64,000 nucleotides of DNA from a virus: positions 15,957-79,956 of IMG/VR virus record IMGVR_UViG_3300006749_000012. One strand, written 5' to 3'. The notes under the pieces are model-generated. The model saw nothing but the letters and a program-made list of their open reading frames with translations, made no database searches and had not been told where the DNA came from. The position numbers were made by a program, and so were the translations under genes. Below are positions 26,907 to 40,900 of the stretch, piece by piece. Position 1 is the first letter of the stretch, and every line of letters starts with the position of its first letter.

Positions 26907-28916
26907 ATGGCTATTCCAATAAAAATCTTGGCAGGGCACGATGGTGAAATAGCAGTAGATTTAGAGGCACAAAGTATTGATATGGTGATAGACAGAAACG
27001 TATCTGCTTTCCCAACCCCTAATAATTTATTAAAACGCATAGCGATAGATACTAACATACCTAGAGTTACAATGGAAATCAATGGTATACTAACAGATGA
27101 CGAAGGTATAGATGTGACACGGGCTTCGGGCGTGGAAGATTTGGTTTCTGTAACTCCTATGAGAACTTTGATTAATTTCGGGAGCCTCATGCCCACTGAA
27201 CCTAATTCAAACTTTACACCTGTTAAAAGAGCGCTTGGGATGAAACGACCAGTTTCCGATACGCTTGAGTTGTCTGTCCGCAATTCTCTTAGTAGAAACT
27301 CTACTAACACCGTTGAAGATTTACATATTGACCCAACTCTCGTAACGGCAGCCGGTGTTTTACAACTAGTTACTAAAATACAGACTAACTTAAAATTTAC
27401 TGGGGCTCATAGCGTAGGTGCAACCGGCGCTCTTGCAGTTAGTGCTAAAATCGTAGGAGTGTCTACTCCTGCAAATATTCTCATTAGCAAGGACGATAGG
27501 ATAGTGAAAAGTTCAGGAGAATTGATTGGCATAGTGCAATCGGTAACTAATACAACTGTTACGTTTACTGCGGGCATCGCTCACTCCATAAGTGCGAATG
27601 ACAAACTTTTCGCTAGCGCTAAGTGTTTTAATCACAGAAATGAATTTTTAGGTTATACTACTAATTTGACATTTAACACTACGGGTGCTAAGAATATAAC
27701 GTCAGTTGATTTAACACTGGATAGAAAAATAGAAAGTGACATATTGGCGGGAACTAAGTTAACTTTTAACAAAAGCAATGACTCCTTAGAAAATTTACTG
27801 CATTATAATTGTATAAAGATAATTCCTTCTTATTGGTTGGAGGACCCAAGTCGTGGCCCAACTGGTAGTGACCCACGAAGCGATGTAGCGTTTAGTAACA
27901 ATGTGTATCCTAAATACGGTATCAAGTTCATATTTGACGCTACTAAGACACCTACCATTGCCGGAGGTAGTGATACGCCCGCACTAAATACTGGCAACCA
28001 AATATTTGAAAGAACTTCTTATCATCAAGGTTATTGCACTCCACCGACTCTTGATGCTGCGTTTAGAGATTTAGAGATATTGATACCAATCAAAGGTATA
28101 ACTTCTTTGCCCGACAATCAAAGTCCGGCTGAAGGGTTGGCCTTACTATTATCACAAGCGCTCGCTCTAACGACTACTTTTACAAAAACCGCAACGAATG
28201 ATTCGTTTACACTAAATCCAACTGACACATCTACTTTGGCGGCTACATTCAACGTGACCCGCAATAATTCTATTGTATTGATTGAGCAAACATACAAACC
28301 CCAAACACCAGTAGAGCATCCTGAAGTCTTCAATGATAGGCTAAAAGAAACTGTAAACATCCAAGCATTCAATTCTATAAGTGCATTTTCTTCTCTTGGA
28401 ACTAAGTCTGCTGGAGATAAAGCGCAGGATTTGATTGGTTTGATTTCCAACTCTAGCACTAACACAGGTGATTTATTCAAAGGTATTCAAATACCATACG
28501 ATAGTCTAATCACAAGTTCGGGAGTTACAGGGGTTGCTCGCAATTTCTTTTTGACCTTTGGAGAAATACCCGCATCAGAAAAAACTTCTTTGAGCAATAC
28601 TCGTGCAGCATCGGACACTATGTTAGGGCTGCAATTGACTGGAGATGCTGGCGGAAATAAAACTGACAGAAGCAATAATGAAAAGTCACTTTTAGAAGAA
28701 TGGTTTGGCAGTGCAGGTGAGGCAATTGAATCGTTAGTAGGCTTTGTAACAACGGCTATATCTGATATTTTTATAACACTAAAGAGTGACGCACATGGTA
28801 ATGATGGCGGAATACGCATCATACCTGAAAAACTTCATGTGCGCTATGATGCTGGGAACAACTACTACGCATACAGTTTACTTCTAGTAGCGACAGACTT
28901 TGTGATAGGTGTATGA
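26907..28916 (+). CDS. Distal-tail/tube-initiator-like protein; paralog 2
   Basis: Shares EINGIL.D, KS.GDKAQDLIG..SNS, GIQIPY.S and RNFFLT with 24378..26897. Confidence 0.6.
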   Translation: MAIPIKILAGHDGEIAVDLEAQSIDMVIDRNVSAFPTPNNLLKRIAIDTNIPRVTMEINGILTDDEGIDVTRASGVEDLVSVTPMRTLINFGSLMPTEPNSNFTPVKRALGMKRPVSDTLELSVRNSLSRNSTNTVEDLHIDPTLVTAAGVLQLVTKIQTNLKFTGAHSVGATGALAVSAKIVGVSTPANILISKDDRIVKSSGELIGIVQSVTNTTVTFTAGIAHSISANDKLFASAKCFNHRNEFLGYTTNLTFNTTGAKNITSVDLTLDRKIESDILAGTKLTFNKSNDSLENLLHYNCIKIIPSYWLEDPSRGPTGSDPRSDVAFSNNVYPKYGIKFIFDATKTPTIAGGSDTPALNTGNQIFERTSYHQGYCTPPTLDAAFRDLEILIPIKGITSLPDNQSPAEGLALLLSQALALTTTFTKTATNDSFTLNPTDTSTLAATFNVTRNNSIVLIEQTYKPQTPVEHPEVFNDRLKETVNIQAFNSISAFSSLGTKSAGDKAQDLIGLISNSSTNTGDLFKGIQIPYDSLITSSGVTGVARNFFLTFGEIPASEKTSLSNTRAASDTMLGLQLTGDAGGNKTDRSNNEKSLLEEWFGSAGEAIESLVGFVTTAISDIFITLKSDAHGNDGGIRIIPEKLHVRYDAGNNYYAYSLLLVATDFVIGV

Positions 28917-31900
28917 TATGACGCTAACGATTGACCCCGGATTTGGAATAAGATTCAACGGTATAAGCGATAGCATATTAGTTCCTGTAAACACTAAACT
29001 TATTCACGGAGTTCAAACCGAAGAACGTAGAGGATTACCTAAAGCAATAAATTCGTTTACGATAGAAAGTTGGTTTATACCGGATTGTGGAGGAGTAATA
29101 TTTGAGCAAGAAAATGTCATGCGATTGACAGTAGGTAGCCCTAGCAGCCCTGCACCCGCCACGTTTGAAGTTCGGTTAAGAAATCCCGCAAGTGGTAGAG
29201 ACGCAGTTTATACTTTATCAACTGCTAAACCAATTACCAAAGTAAATGGTAGGATTGCATATTATGAAGGTATACAGTTCCCGGTAACAGATTCTCTACA
29301 TGGTTCTTATTTAGCAACTGATGTTGATAGAAACGATGTCACTGCCTTTAATGATGGGGCTAGAGAATTGTTAAATGTGACTGTGATGTTTGATAGAAGA
29401 ACAATAAGTATGTTCGTGAATGGTGATTTAGCCGTATCTCAGGAACTAGAGGAAGAACATGAGTTAGTGACTCAACAGAATAGCATTTATCTTGGAGGTA
29501 GAGGCGGTGATTTCAGAGGAACATTAGAAGCCATACATTGGTCAAAAGGTGCGTTAACTTCAGGCTATCAACAGTATGCTCCTATGAAAAGTGACAACAC
29601 TATTGGGCTTTGGAGGTTTGAAGAACCAGTGAATCCTATAACTCTGATTACTACAACTCCTTCTATCTCTGCATCTACTTCGGCTACTTCTTCGATTAAT
29701 ATAGGGTCATCTGCGGCACAGTCTCTGATAGACGAACTCAGTGGTCAAAGTGGACTTACGTCAATTAATTTTACAGCCAGTCCTTATAGTGGAGGCAGTT
29801 ACAGCGTCAAGGTTCAATCCGCTTCTTCATCTGCTACTGTAAGTATACCAAAGGTGCCCTACAATATTTTAGTCAACCCGTTAGGGTATAGTCAAACCAC
29901 TGGTAAGCCTACTAATAAATCTCCTGAAAGACTAAGGTTGATGTCGGCAGATTCCAGTGCTGGAACTATAACGGTTGAGTCTATACACCTTGATTTTGCA
30001 TCTAACGCTAGCAACGGCAGGAGAGGTGTTTTGTCTAACCACGATGCTGGTAGATTTGTAATTATCACAGGCGATTGTATAATTGATACTGGTAACGGTA
30101 ACGAATTTCAACCTTATGGCACAGGCACACAGTTTTCTCAAAGGCAAGGTCAAGTGATTATAGATGAAAGTGACTTTGCTAATAATGGAATAATGTTTTC
30201 TCAAAGCATGGCAATAGACAGTCATGAATACAACAAATTCTCTGCAAGTTCTGCAAATATGGGCTCTCAGTTCTTAGCAGGTCATTCGGGTAGACACACT
30301 CTGAATCATGTAACTAGCCATCCGTTCATGGGCGTGTTACCGCCCACTGAGAGTCACGTAGTAGAGAAAAAGTTAGACATAGGCAGTGACGTAATATCGG
30401 CTTCATTTCCTTCACAATTTTCTGACATTAGGTCAACTGTCCCTATGAATAGTATAGTTTCCAGTTATGACACTAGCGGTAACATCAAAATCAAATCTGT
30501 AACGAACCGTGCTGAAATAACTTCGGTGGTAGAAAATGGAATGTCAGACATCGACGATACGCAAAGAGGCATTTTGGCAGTAGGTGGACTCAATTTTAAT
30601 GTAGAACCTTTCCTAATAAGGTCTTTATCTTCTAATAATGAACTTGATTCTTCTAAACATGCTATTCCTTCTACTAGAAATAGAATAGCAATACTATCTG
30701 TTCCTGATTTAGCGACTTACAATTACGCTCCGTTCGTGCAATTGCATTACAATGCAGTTGATTTAGACGGAAGTCAGTTTGGGACAGGGGCTACCTCTCG
30801 TTTAACGGCTAACATAACTGGTGGTAATACTGTTTTAACTTTACAGAGCGTTAAATCGTTTGGATTCGACGGTGAACTTATACCAGCCTCGCTGATAGAT
30901 ATAAACGGCACACCTGCTTCTAGTTTAAGCGATAACACCGCAGAAATAAATTACTCTGCAAAGACACTGACATTTTCAGCAGCGGCTGACTCTGCTTTCA
31001 ATACACTGGCTGTAAGTGGTAACATAGTCAAAAAGTCCGATACCGGGGCTAAGATTTTAGTAACTGATACGCTACCTAAAGTGAGCACGATAGTGACAGG
31101 TAGCACGTCCATACTGGACTTGATTAGAACAGCGCTAGACGCTAGCCCGTTAGAAATATTCTCTCCCGGTGCAGTTATAGAATTTGACAAACCTGAAATG
31201 TTCGGGCTTTCTGACGGTGATTTAGAAGGAGAAAGTAGCGAAGGGCAGGTAGCCGAAAGTGTCCTTAACAGAGATTTGTCACCTGAAAATTATTTACCGT
31301 TGACATCGGCTGATTCTCCACAAACTACTCCTCAAGCAATTTCGTTGGCTACTTCGGAATTAGTCGAAAGAGGCTCGGTCCTCAATAGAATTTTAATTAG
31401 GAGCCATAAGACTAGCATAGGTAACTTTGAAGAAAACGCAGGTATTACACTCCAAAAGTCTACTAATGGTATAAGACCTAGAAGTGGTGTAAAGTTGAAT
31501 AATGGCTCAGGATATGCGGCTTCTACCACTGGCGCTATGACAGTCGACGGAATAGACGCTACTGCGGTAATCAATGTAGGAAGTTCTATCTTCAAAGCAA
31601 ATGGTAAAAACTTAGGAACTGTAACTGCGGTTACAAGCACTTCTGTTACTGTGGGAGCAGGAACCTCTGACGCTTTAGTAGATGATGAAGAAATATTCAC
31701 ACAGCCTCAAATGGTAGGTAAAGGAACTATAAATCAAAGCAGTTGTGTCCATGAATATTTTGACATAATCGAACACAATAGCAATGAGAAAAAGGTCAAG
31801 TTAATTATACAACCTAGCGATAATAATCGCTTTAATTTAGGTAGAAGGTTATCAGCATCTGCTAGTTTTGCTAATCGTATAAGTATAGAGAACTTAGTCT

Positions 31901-34900
31901 CTCGTGGCAGAATTGTTTCTTTCGCTAATGGCGACGAGGGTAGCACCATTATGAGAGCACACGGAGTTATAGGCGACTTGGCATCATCCAGTGTTTATGT
32001 AAAGGGCTCTGCTTCGCCCGACTCCCATATCGTGAAAGAAATAATGCCGGGAGCGCCCGTAGTCACTATGACACTAGGTGGCCCCGGACAAGGTGCCGTC
32101 AATACCAAAGACACTTGGACTCCAAGTCCGTTATCTAGGATGGCTTGGAATACTCGTAGAGATTGTCAGACTCGTGTAGAATTTACAACCAGCACTACAA
32201 TAACAGTTGCACCGCTGAACAATCAATCTACTGATTTGCAATCTTGGGGCACATATTGTTTTCCTAAAGAAGGTAGGGTGTATTTAGAAATAGAGGGCAA
32301 TCAAGGTGAACAAAGGCGGTTTGCAAGTGCCGCTTATGCCAGTAAAACAGGTGATGTTTTTACTTTCACATCTAGCCCCCCGTTAGGAAGTGGCACTCTT
32401 ATAGCGGCTGATGGTAGTGAAGTAGATACATTTGCCAACTGGATAACATCTACCGGTATAACCGCAGGTAGCGTATTGCACGTTGATGACAAATTCGGAG
32501 AAGAATCGATGTGCAATGACGGCACTACTATCAATGACAGGTTGTTTCAAACACTTGATACTGTTCAACACGACTACCAATTAGGAACGCAGTATGCAAG
32601 CACTCGTGCTTTAGTAGAGATACCACTGTTCAACGATTTCTTTTTCGATAACCCTGATAAAGGTATTTTCCCCGGCCCTAATAACAGTATGAAATTACAC
32701 GTAGACGCTACGCAAACAGCACATTCTTGGAGCCCTAATCCTGTCGGGAGAAGGCCCGAATCTATATCACCACAGGACCCTGAAGTGTTTAGTGCGTTTT
32801 CATTCACTATACAAAACGAAACTCATCGCACAGGGACAAAAGTAACTCAACCTTACGATTCAAGTAACAACCGAATATATGTAGAAGATATAGGTATATT
32901 CCCGAAGGCTTCTGCTCCTCCCATAACAGTGGCTAGTTTAGGAGGCTCTGCTAGATACAGAAGGGCTTTCTTAGGTAACGGAGAGTGGGTAGTTTACGAC
33001 GGTCTACACACCGACGGTTACTTAGATTTGGCAGGTTCTTCATCTAGTGGATATATAGCCAGTGCTAATTTCTTCCGTGATTTAAAAGTAGGCGCTCATC
33101 TATTCCCAGCACCGGGGTATCAAGACATGAGTTATTCAGGTATTGCTGATAACCCCTCTCTAATTAGCGCTGGTTATGAAAATAGACGTTCGTTTTACTT
33201 TGACCGTTCTAATGTAATGACCCAAGGTGGTAATACTGATTACGGGTTAAAGCAATATGTTAGTGCAATAGAACTGAGAGCCGGGCCAACAATAAACCCA
33301 CATCTACCTAAGATTATCAGTAAGCGACCAAGAGCGAAGGTGATTTCTGTAACCGGAAGCCCTGCAACTTCTTTGACATTAGACGATGCTAGTTTGTTTC
33401 CAATAAGTTCACCTGACTCGGATTACAAATTCAGAGTAGCATTTAGGAATGCAAGTGGCATTGTCAATCGTGGATTTTACGATAACAGGGTAAATAGCGT
33501 GCTCACCATAGTTAGCCCTGATAGTGGTTTCACTCCATCTGTTGGAGATGAGATATATGTCGAAGATTTACATGCCACTGCTTCAGCCACCTATCCTAAA
33601 GTGAAAGAGACTTTCTTGAATAGAGCATGGTCACATCCTTATTGCAACGGTGGTCTGAGACAAGGTGATACAATTTGGATGAACATGCATTACACTAACC
33701 CTCATGCTATAGAAGGCTTGTTTTGCAAAAGTAGAGGCACACTAAACGAGGCTGAAGTAGTCGATGTGTTCAATGGCGGAGAGGGCTCTTTTGACGTTAG
33801 TCCAAGAAATAGTATACCTATGGAAAATTTCTTGATAGGTAATACTTGTATAGAAACGGCTCAGAACCTGATGCAACATATAAACAAAACAGTATCGTTA
33901 AATTATGATGCGATTGGTTTGACAGAAACTCCTCCAACAATCGCTTACTTAGACCCTTACCAGTGCACTGAAAATTTTGCTAGAGTTTTATTATACGATG
34001 TAGAGCATGACCGTGAGTTCATTGCATTCCAAGATATACACATGCAAGTTCAATCTAGTCCAGCAGCGGCTAGTATTGGTAAAGAAGATACTGGCAAAAC
34101 TGGCTTTGTTAACAATTCAGTTACAGGTTCAGGCTCTTTGTTAGATGTAGCGGCAGGTTTCCCTACTGAAAACAAAAGGCTCAACATTACTGAGAAATCA
34201 GATTTCATAGAGGCATCTTACGCTCACAAGTCTACTTGGAACTCAAACGTGCCGAATGTAAACTTAGAGCATGTTGTAGGAGGAGTTGACAATACTGCTA
34301 CTAATGGTTACACAGACCGCACTAACAACGCTGTCACTCTAAGTGGCAGTGCCTTGACTAAGCATCAAGAGATAGATTCATCAAGTCGAGAACAGTCTAC
34401 GTTCTTTGATACACCTGACGGAACTAGAGTTATACCTGCATTCTTAGCAATGAAAGGTATAAGGAACAGTAAATTGACTTTAGATGATACTAGACTGAAC
34501 AACCTTGACCAATGGACAGATATGGATTTCGTTAGAAGGTTGACGATTGATATGGGGGAAGTCCGCCTCAAAGATGGAGTTACCAACATAGAGTCAGCCG
34601 CTAGAGAAGTAGTAAGAATGATTAATCAAGCGGGTGCTAAAAACGGTAAGACTCATGCCAAAAAACCTGCTGACCAATATTTAGGTAGAAGTGATAACTT
34701 TGACCCCTCCTCTCCTCATAAAAATTCAGACTTTGCTGCCACAGCATCTACACACGACCCCTCCCCATTTTGGGATGTGAAGAAAGCATTCTCTAGCCAT
34801 GACAGAGGCACTCACATGGGCTACGTCCGTGCTCACCTTGGTAGAGTGGTAAAGGATGAAGAAGGCGTAGAAGAAGGATTCTCTATTGTAATACACTCTA

Positions 34901-37900
34901 CCGTTCCGGGTGCCGCAGGTCGTAACTTTTGCACATGGCTAGACAATAGTAAATCACAGACTACTTACAAGCCCGAATACTTAATTGGGCACGGTGGTAG
35001 ATTTAGGAATTATTGGTGCCAACCTGATGAAATTACTGGAGAAAATATGCACCCGGCTCCTATGCCAATCAATAGATTCGGTAGACCGTTTGCTCCTATA
35101 ACTACTCTGAAAGAATACTTACCACCTGAAAGCCCTGACGATGCCTTGTTGAATAATGTCAATTTAGGTGCGGACATAGTAAATAGTTTTGGAGTCATCT
35201 CTACTTCTAACACAGAAATGGTAAGTGGTAGAGATTCTAATACGGTATTGAACGAATCGTTTGAGACAAAAAGTCCCGCATCTGTCTTAGTAGATGGTCT
35301 TAGAGTAGGAACTAAAGCGAAGGCTAGAATCAATTTCGGAGGAATGACTCAGGCCGGAATACCCGGATGGGCCCCTGATGTTTCTAAATGGGGATTCGAT
35401 AATGACGGAACTACTAACGTAGCAAGATACGGTAATGCTAGTAACGCAGCAACTGCAATGACTAACACAACTGAGCAGGTTAGTGGTAACGGTTACATAC
35501 CAGCAGATGATATGAAAGCAGAAAACATTGGTCAAAGTCCAATTTATGGATTGAGATTTACGGACCATAGAGGTGATAATCACACTATAAGATTACTTTA
35601 CAGACGGTTTGGAGAAAACTTTGCTAGTGACAACACTTACTTACCATCTACGCTTGATGAGGAGATAATCATACACTTTGACGATAGAGACGTAGGTCAA
35701 GGTGGGTTTACGATTGGTCGTCACATGGTGGGAGTGGGAGAGGTATGTGGTGAAAAAACAGGTGGTAACCCCATAGAGTTTAAGGGTAATCTTTGGAACA
35801 ATTACCCTTCTCCGATAGTAGGTGCTAAAGTAACCACTAGTTATTCAAGTGGGACTATGACTGTCACGTTTCACGAGCCTTATGGTAGTGGCGGTAGTGG
35901 GACAGTTCCTTCTACATTACAAACGCATCCTGACATTTTGGGATACTTAGGTTTCCCTGAAACGGGCATGTTTCAGTTATCTAAGCATGGAACTGGAGGC
36001 TCAAATCACCAAGGGTTACCTTTCTACTACACTAGCAGAACGCACGAAAATCACAGCGGAACTCACAAATTCTTTGGAGTGATAGGAGGAGCGGGAAGTC
36101 ATGCAAATGGTGATTGGCTTTTGAGTCCAAGAATAAACTTCACATGCTTACTAACTGATGAGGTCATCGCTGCCGCAGTAGAGCACGCAATCAATTTACC
36201 TAGTAACGATAGTGATGTCACGTTCGACTGCACTGATATGTTTGCACCCGATGGGAGAACTCTAAAAGAATGGAACGTCAGTTCTGAGGCTATCCGTATA
36301 GTTACAAGGGCCGATAAGAAAACTCCTATGAGCAAATTCTTTGAGGCTAAAGTTACTAAAGACTGGGGGTTGCAAAATGGAGCAGCAACAGATGCAGCGG
36401 TAAGCGGACATCACACTGGAGGATTGAGTGACAGTGAAAAAGATGCGGGCACTAGATTAGATGTAGGATACATACCTAAAACGGTGCTACATGTAGATAC
36501 TAAATTCCGTGGAACTAACGCTAACACAGCCACTCCTGTATTAGTCGATAGTCAAAATAACATAGTGGACATTACTACTTGGCAAAGAAATCTAAGAGGA
36601 GAAAATTTCACTGACGTAGCGGGTGACCATATCATACCAAGAGTGGATTCACCTTGCGTCGAAGTAGATTCTTTTTCTGACCCTGACATTAGTGTGGCAT
36701 CAAACGAATCTTGGGCTTTATTAGGCAAGCCCGCTAGTGTTGCTAATGGTTGGGGAGAGCCGTTTGTAGTATGGTATAGTGATACTTCTTGGGCAAGGGT
36801 TAGAAGCAAAGTCGGAACTACTTCTGAAATAACGGTTAGTATAGAACATAAGAGTGCAAATCCTGTCGCATTTGCTAACCCTGTGCAACATGATATATTG
36901 TGGAAAAGAAATGCTAGTGCTTACAAGTTTTTAGATGTAGACGGAGTTCGTAGGGCGGGGAGTAAGAACTCTAGTCCTTTCCTTTACTTTAGAGGTGGGC
37001 GAGATAGCCCTGACCACTGGGTGCCTCTTTATTTCGGAGGTGGTTTTAGTGGTGCAGTTGTAGATATAAACGACGGGACTCAAAACGACTACTCTGAGTT
37101 TTACACTCATCCTTATTCTTCCGGCCCCACGGGTAGCGCAGGCTTCCAAAACATAGGAGAGGTGGCGGGCTCATATGCATTATTAGACGCAAATGCTATG
37201 CTAGCCATGTTCCCCGGCACACCTTATCTTGACCAGCATAGAGGGCAAAATAATCCACCTTATTTCAACCAAGACGCTATATTGCCATTTGATATGGCTA
37301 AGGGTTCCAATTCAAAGGTCACAGGGTTAGATTATACCGACGGTCAGAACACAGTATCTGTCAACATACCTAGTCCAATCGTCATAAGATTTGCCCATCC
37401 TAATGCAAGATACAGCCATACGGGTGATAGCGATGACCAAACTACATACATGATATTCGGTCCCGGTCAAGCGTTCCCTCACAACACTGCTTCGTTTGAG
37501 CCACAAGGAAAAGACATAATCACAGCAGGTAATGGTTATAGTGCAGTTCCTATCTATATAGACGGCGACCCCGGCTTAGATACTTTTCTTCCTAATCAAC
37601 TGGCTAACGGTGACACAGCAGAGCACAGTGGTCTCAACAGGATTTCTGAGGTTTCTGCTCATTTACCTATGACTACCTTTTTCCAACAAAATAAACGCTC
37701 AGGCTACAACTATGTTATGAACTGGGAGCCTGCTAAAGGATTGCCGTCTACTACGACATCTGTTGCCGGTAAAGTCTACTCCCAAGCCTATAATCATGCA
37801 TTCTATTACGAAGGCACACCGGGAACCACTGCTAATTTACCTAAGCACTATCATCCTTTCAGTGAAATATTCAGCGATATTAGCAATCAAATAATAGGGA

Positions 37901-40900
37901 CTGGAGCATTCCCTAAAACAAGAAAATCAGCAGTAATATGGCACATGGATGGAGGCTATCACCCCGGCGGTCATTTCTTAGATGACCACGTAAATAAGAA
38001 TCCTAAACAAACTGTTGCTAACGCTAGAGTGATAAATGGTAGTGGTGCTAAGAAAAACACTACTGTATTCAGACCATGTGGTCTATTATCAAAAGCCTAC
38101 AAAACAAAGTATGGGGGAGATGGCTCTACTCAAGATGTAGATGAAAACATAGTAATTGTAGACGCCACTAGATGCCAAAATGCAGAAGAATTAGGCGCTG
38201 TAATCAGCGGTGCTATCAATACCTTCCCCGGTAAAAACCCATTGAAGGCGATAGGTGGGACGTTTATGCCTAGTATGCAAAACGCTCACAAACAAGATAG
38301 ATATGGCTGGGTGCAATTAGACATTGATTCTTATCAAGCAGAAAACAGTGGGAATCCGGCCACTCTAACTGCAATTAACTCTGCCACCACGTTGCCTGAA
38401 TATGGGTGGTTGAGAGTGAGTAACGGTATTGAGTCAGGCTACGCACCGTATATAGCCACGAGTATATCTCATCCTAACACGGCATTTGTGCTTGGTAAAA
38501 ATGCCACAACTTCAAACACTAACATTGTCAATCCTGAAACTAGGTTAGCCATAGCACCCGATGCTTCTTTCAAGGCTTTTATTTGGACTAAGGCTGGAAC
38601 TCATAGATTCAACAACACAACAACTAGTCACAGGGACCACATTTGTCAAGTGCATTACAGTGGATTTGTAGACGCAGTAGATAGAACAAAGCCGGTAGGA
38701 GCAGTGGGTTGGGCCGGAGAAGCCTACTCATACTTCAATTCTTACGAAACCGATGCCATAGGTGCACGCATTCATCCAGCAGGATTAGGTGCTTGGCATC
38801 CTTTCTTAGGTTTCAATCCTTATGGTGCCGCTGAAACTTGTTTATCAGCCTCCTCTCCAGTGGGTTCAGTTGAAACTCCACTCGCCGCTTTCTATGCAGA
38901 TTACTGTGTGAACGGATTGTCCAGTAGACATTTGATTGCTATAACTCACGAAAGTGAGTTACCCTTAATCGCTAAGGCTGATAGGGACGGAATAACTTGT
39001 GCGGGTGATTGGCTAAAAGTAGCAGAGACTGGAACTATAACTCATGCTGGAACTATTGCTTGGGATACTAGTAAAGTGCACAATAAGAGTAGGTATGTGG
39101 GACCTGCCACTGCTGGCCCTCATGTCGAAGCGCAAATGCATAGCGGATATTCAAGACCTTCCGCTGCTAGCGATTATCCTAATTCAGGCTCTGCACCAAC
39201 AGATGGGCAATTGCATAGAGCAATACAAAGTGGTGACATGGTTAGGTCGAACGCATGTAGATTTGCCACAGGAGATTTGTTTTGGGATGAAAGCGTAGTC
39301 AAACAATCTGCATTCCACGAAGATGCTGGCACTTACGGTGTAGAGTGTGTGGGTGTGAGTAACCATGACCATTACTTAGACGTAACCGCTACTCCACATA
39401 CTGGTTTATTTGGCTATTACGGAGGTAGACACCCTTCTCGTAATTTTTTACCTGAACATGTAGTTTGGAAAAGAATGGATGGCGGCGGCCTGACTATGCC
39501 AGCAGTCAATGCTAGAGGGCTAGGTATGGTGCCTTGGGTAAAGCGTAAAGATGGTGGTAGTTACAAGTTAGTAGGCGAAAAGGTGTTAGGTAATGTTAGA
39601 TTTAGTTTTGAGACAACTAATGCTGCTATGTTCCCTGTAATACAAGCACAAGAACTGAGTCATCCTCAGTTAGCCGAACAGCATCCGATGAGAGTCACTA
39701 ACGCTTTACTTATACCAAACGAACACATGCAATTTGAAAGCGTGCAAGTAATAGATGACACAGGTCAAGAACATAGACTAGAAGGAGGTAGCCCTCTAGG
39801 AACTGTGATATTAGATTTCAGACACATTAGTGATAGAGAAATAGAAGGTTTAGCGCCAGCGTTAGCGGGCGCTGGTGTATCTCCTAACTTGAAAATAAGG
39901 TTACCCAACCCTGACGAAATACCCGGTAACATAGTAGTTAGGTCAGGATTTGATAGAATACAGTCGTATCAAAATGAAACAGTTGGTTCAGGAGGATTGC
40001 AGCACCCTGCTCAACAGGTGTCTAATATTAGAGAAATGTTCAACAACGATTACAGCGGCCCTCGTCTTTGGCCTACTTGGGAGAACAACGGGTGGGAACA
40101 TTTGAGTCAAGATGGCTCTGATATTTCTACGACTAAAAGTAATAGTCGTTTGAAATTCCCAGCATCTACTAACGAAGGATGGTCAGATTACACTGACAAT
40201 GCGCCGTTAAATTCGGCTTATGAGCCTCATGATAGAAGTCTATACTTCCATGTTACACGGATGGGTGTAAGTATGACTCACCGTTATGATGTAGATGAAT
40301 TGTCATTCAGCGGATATGACGAAACTAACAGTGAGATTGACGTTACCTCTACTCCTGAGTCAGGCACTTGGACTGATACTAGCGAGCAGAGTGGAGGTAG
40401 GTATTTCCTAAGAGTGTATGACCCTACAACTGACAAAGGAGTATTGGCCTCATACACAGGGGTAGGCACGAACAAATTCACGAGCGTCGTTGTTTCTCCC
40501 GACTTTGTGTCATTTGTGACGGGGAAGACTGGATTGAAAGTAGTTCCTAGTTACTACATGCCTGCTGGTAGCACTCGCATGTTCGCAGCAAGAAGATTAC
40601 GTGACCATAGTGAATATAGTGGCGCAAGTCCTGATATGAAAAAAATAGATTGGTTTTCGATGTTTGATAATTTACCAACGTCTACCGGGGCTATGGTAAA
40701 TCCGTCACAAGCCCACATAGCACTGTCTAAGCCCAAGATGACACCTATGCCTATACCTCGTATGGGCCACCATTACATTACACCTACAATGGCACTCATG
40801 CCCGGACATTATGCACATCCTGCATACCAAAGAATATACGATTTGAATACTGCTTGTAAGAGTTCAAATCATGAACCGATGTCTAATAGTTTGGTAGGAA

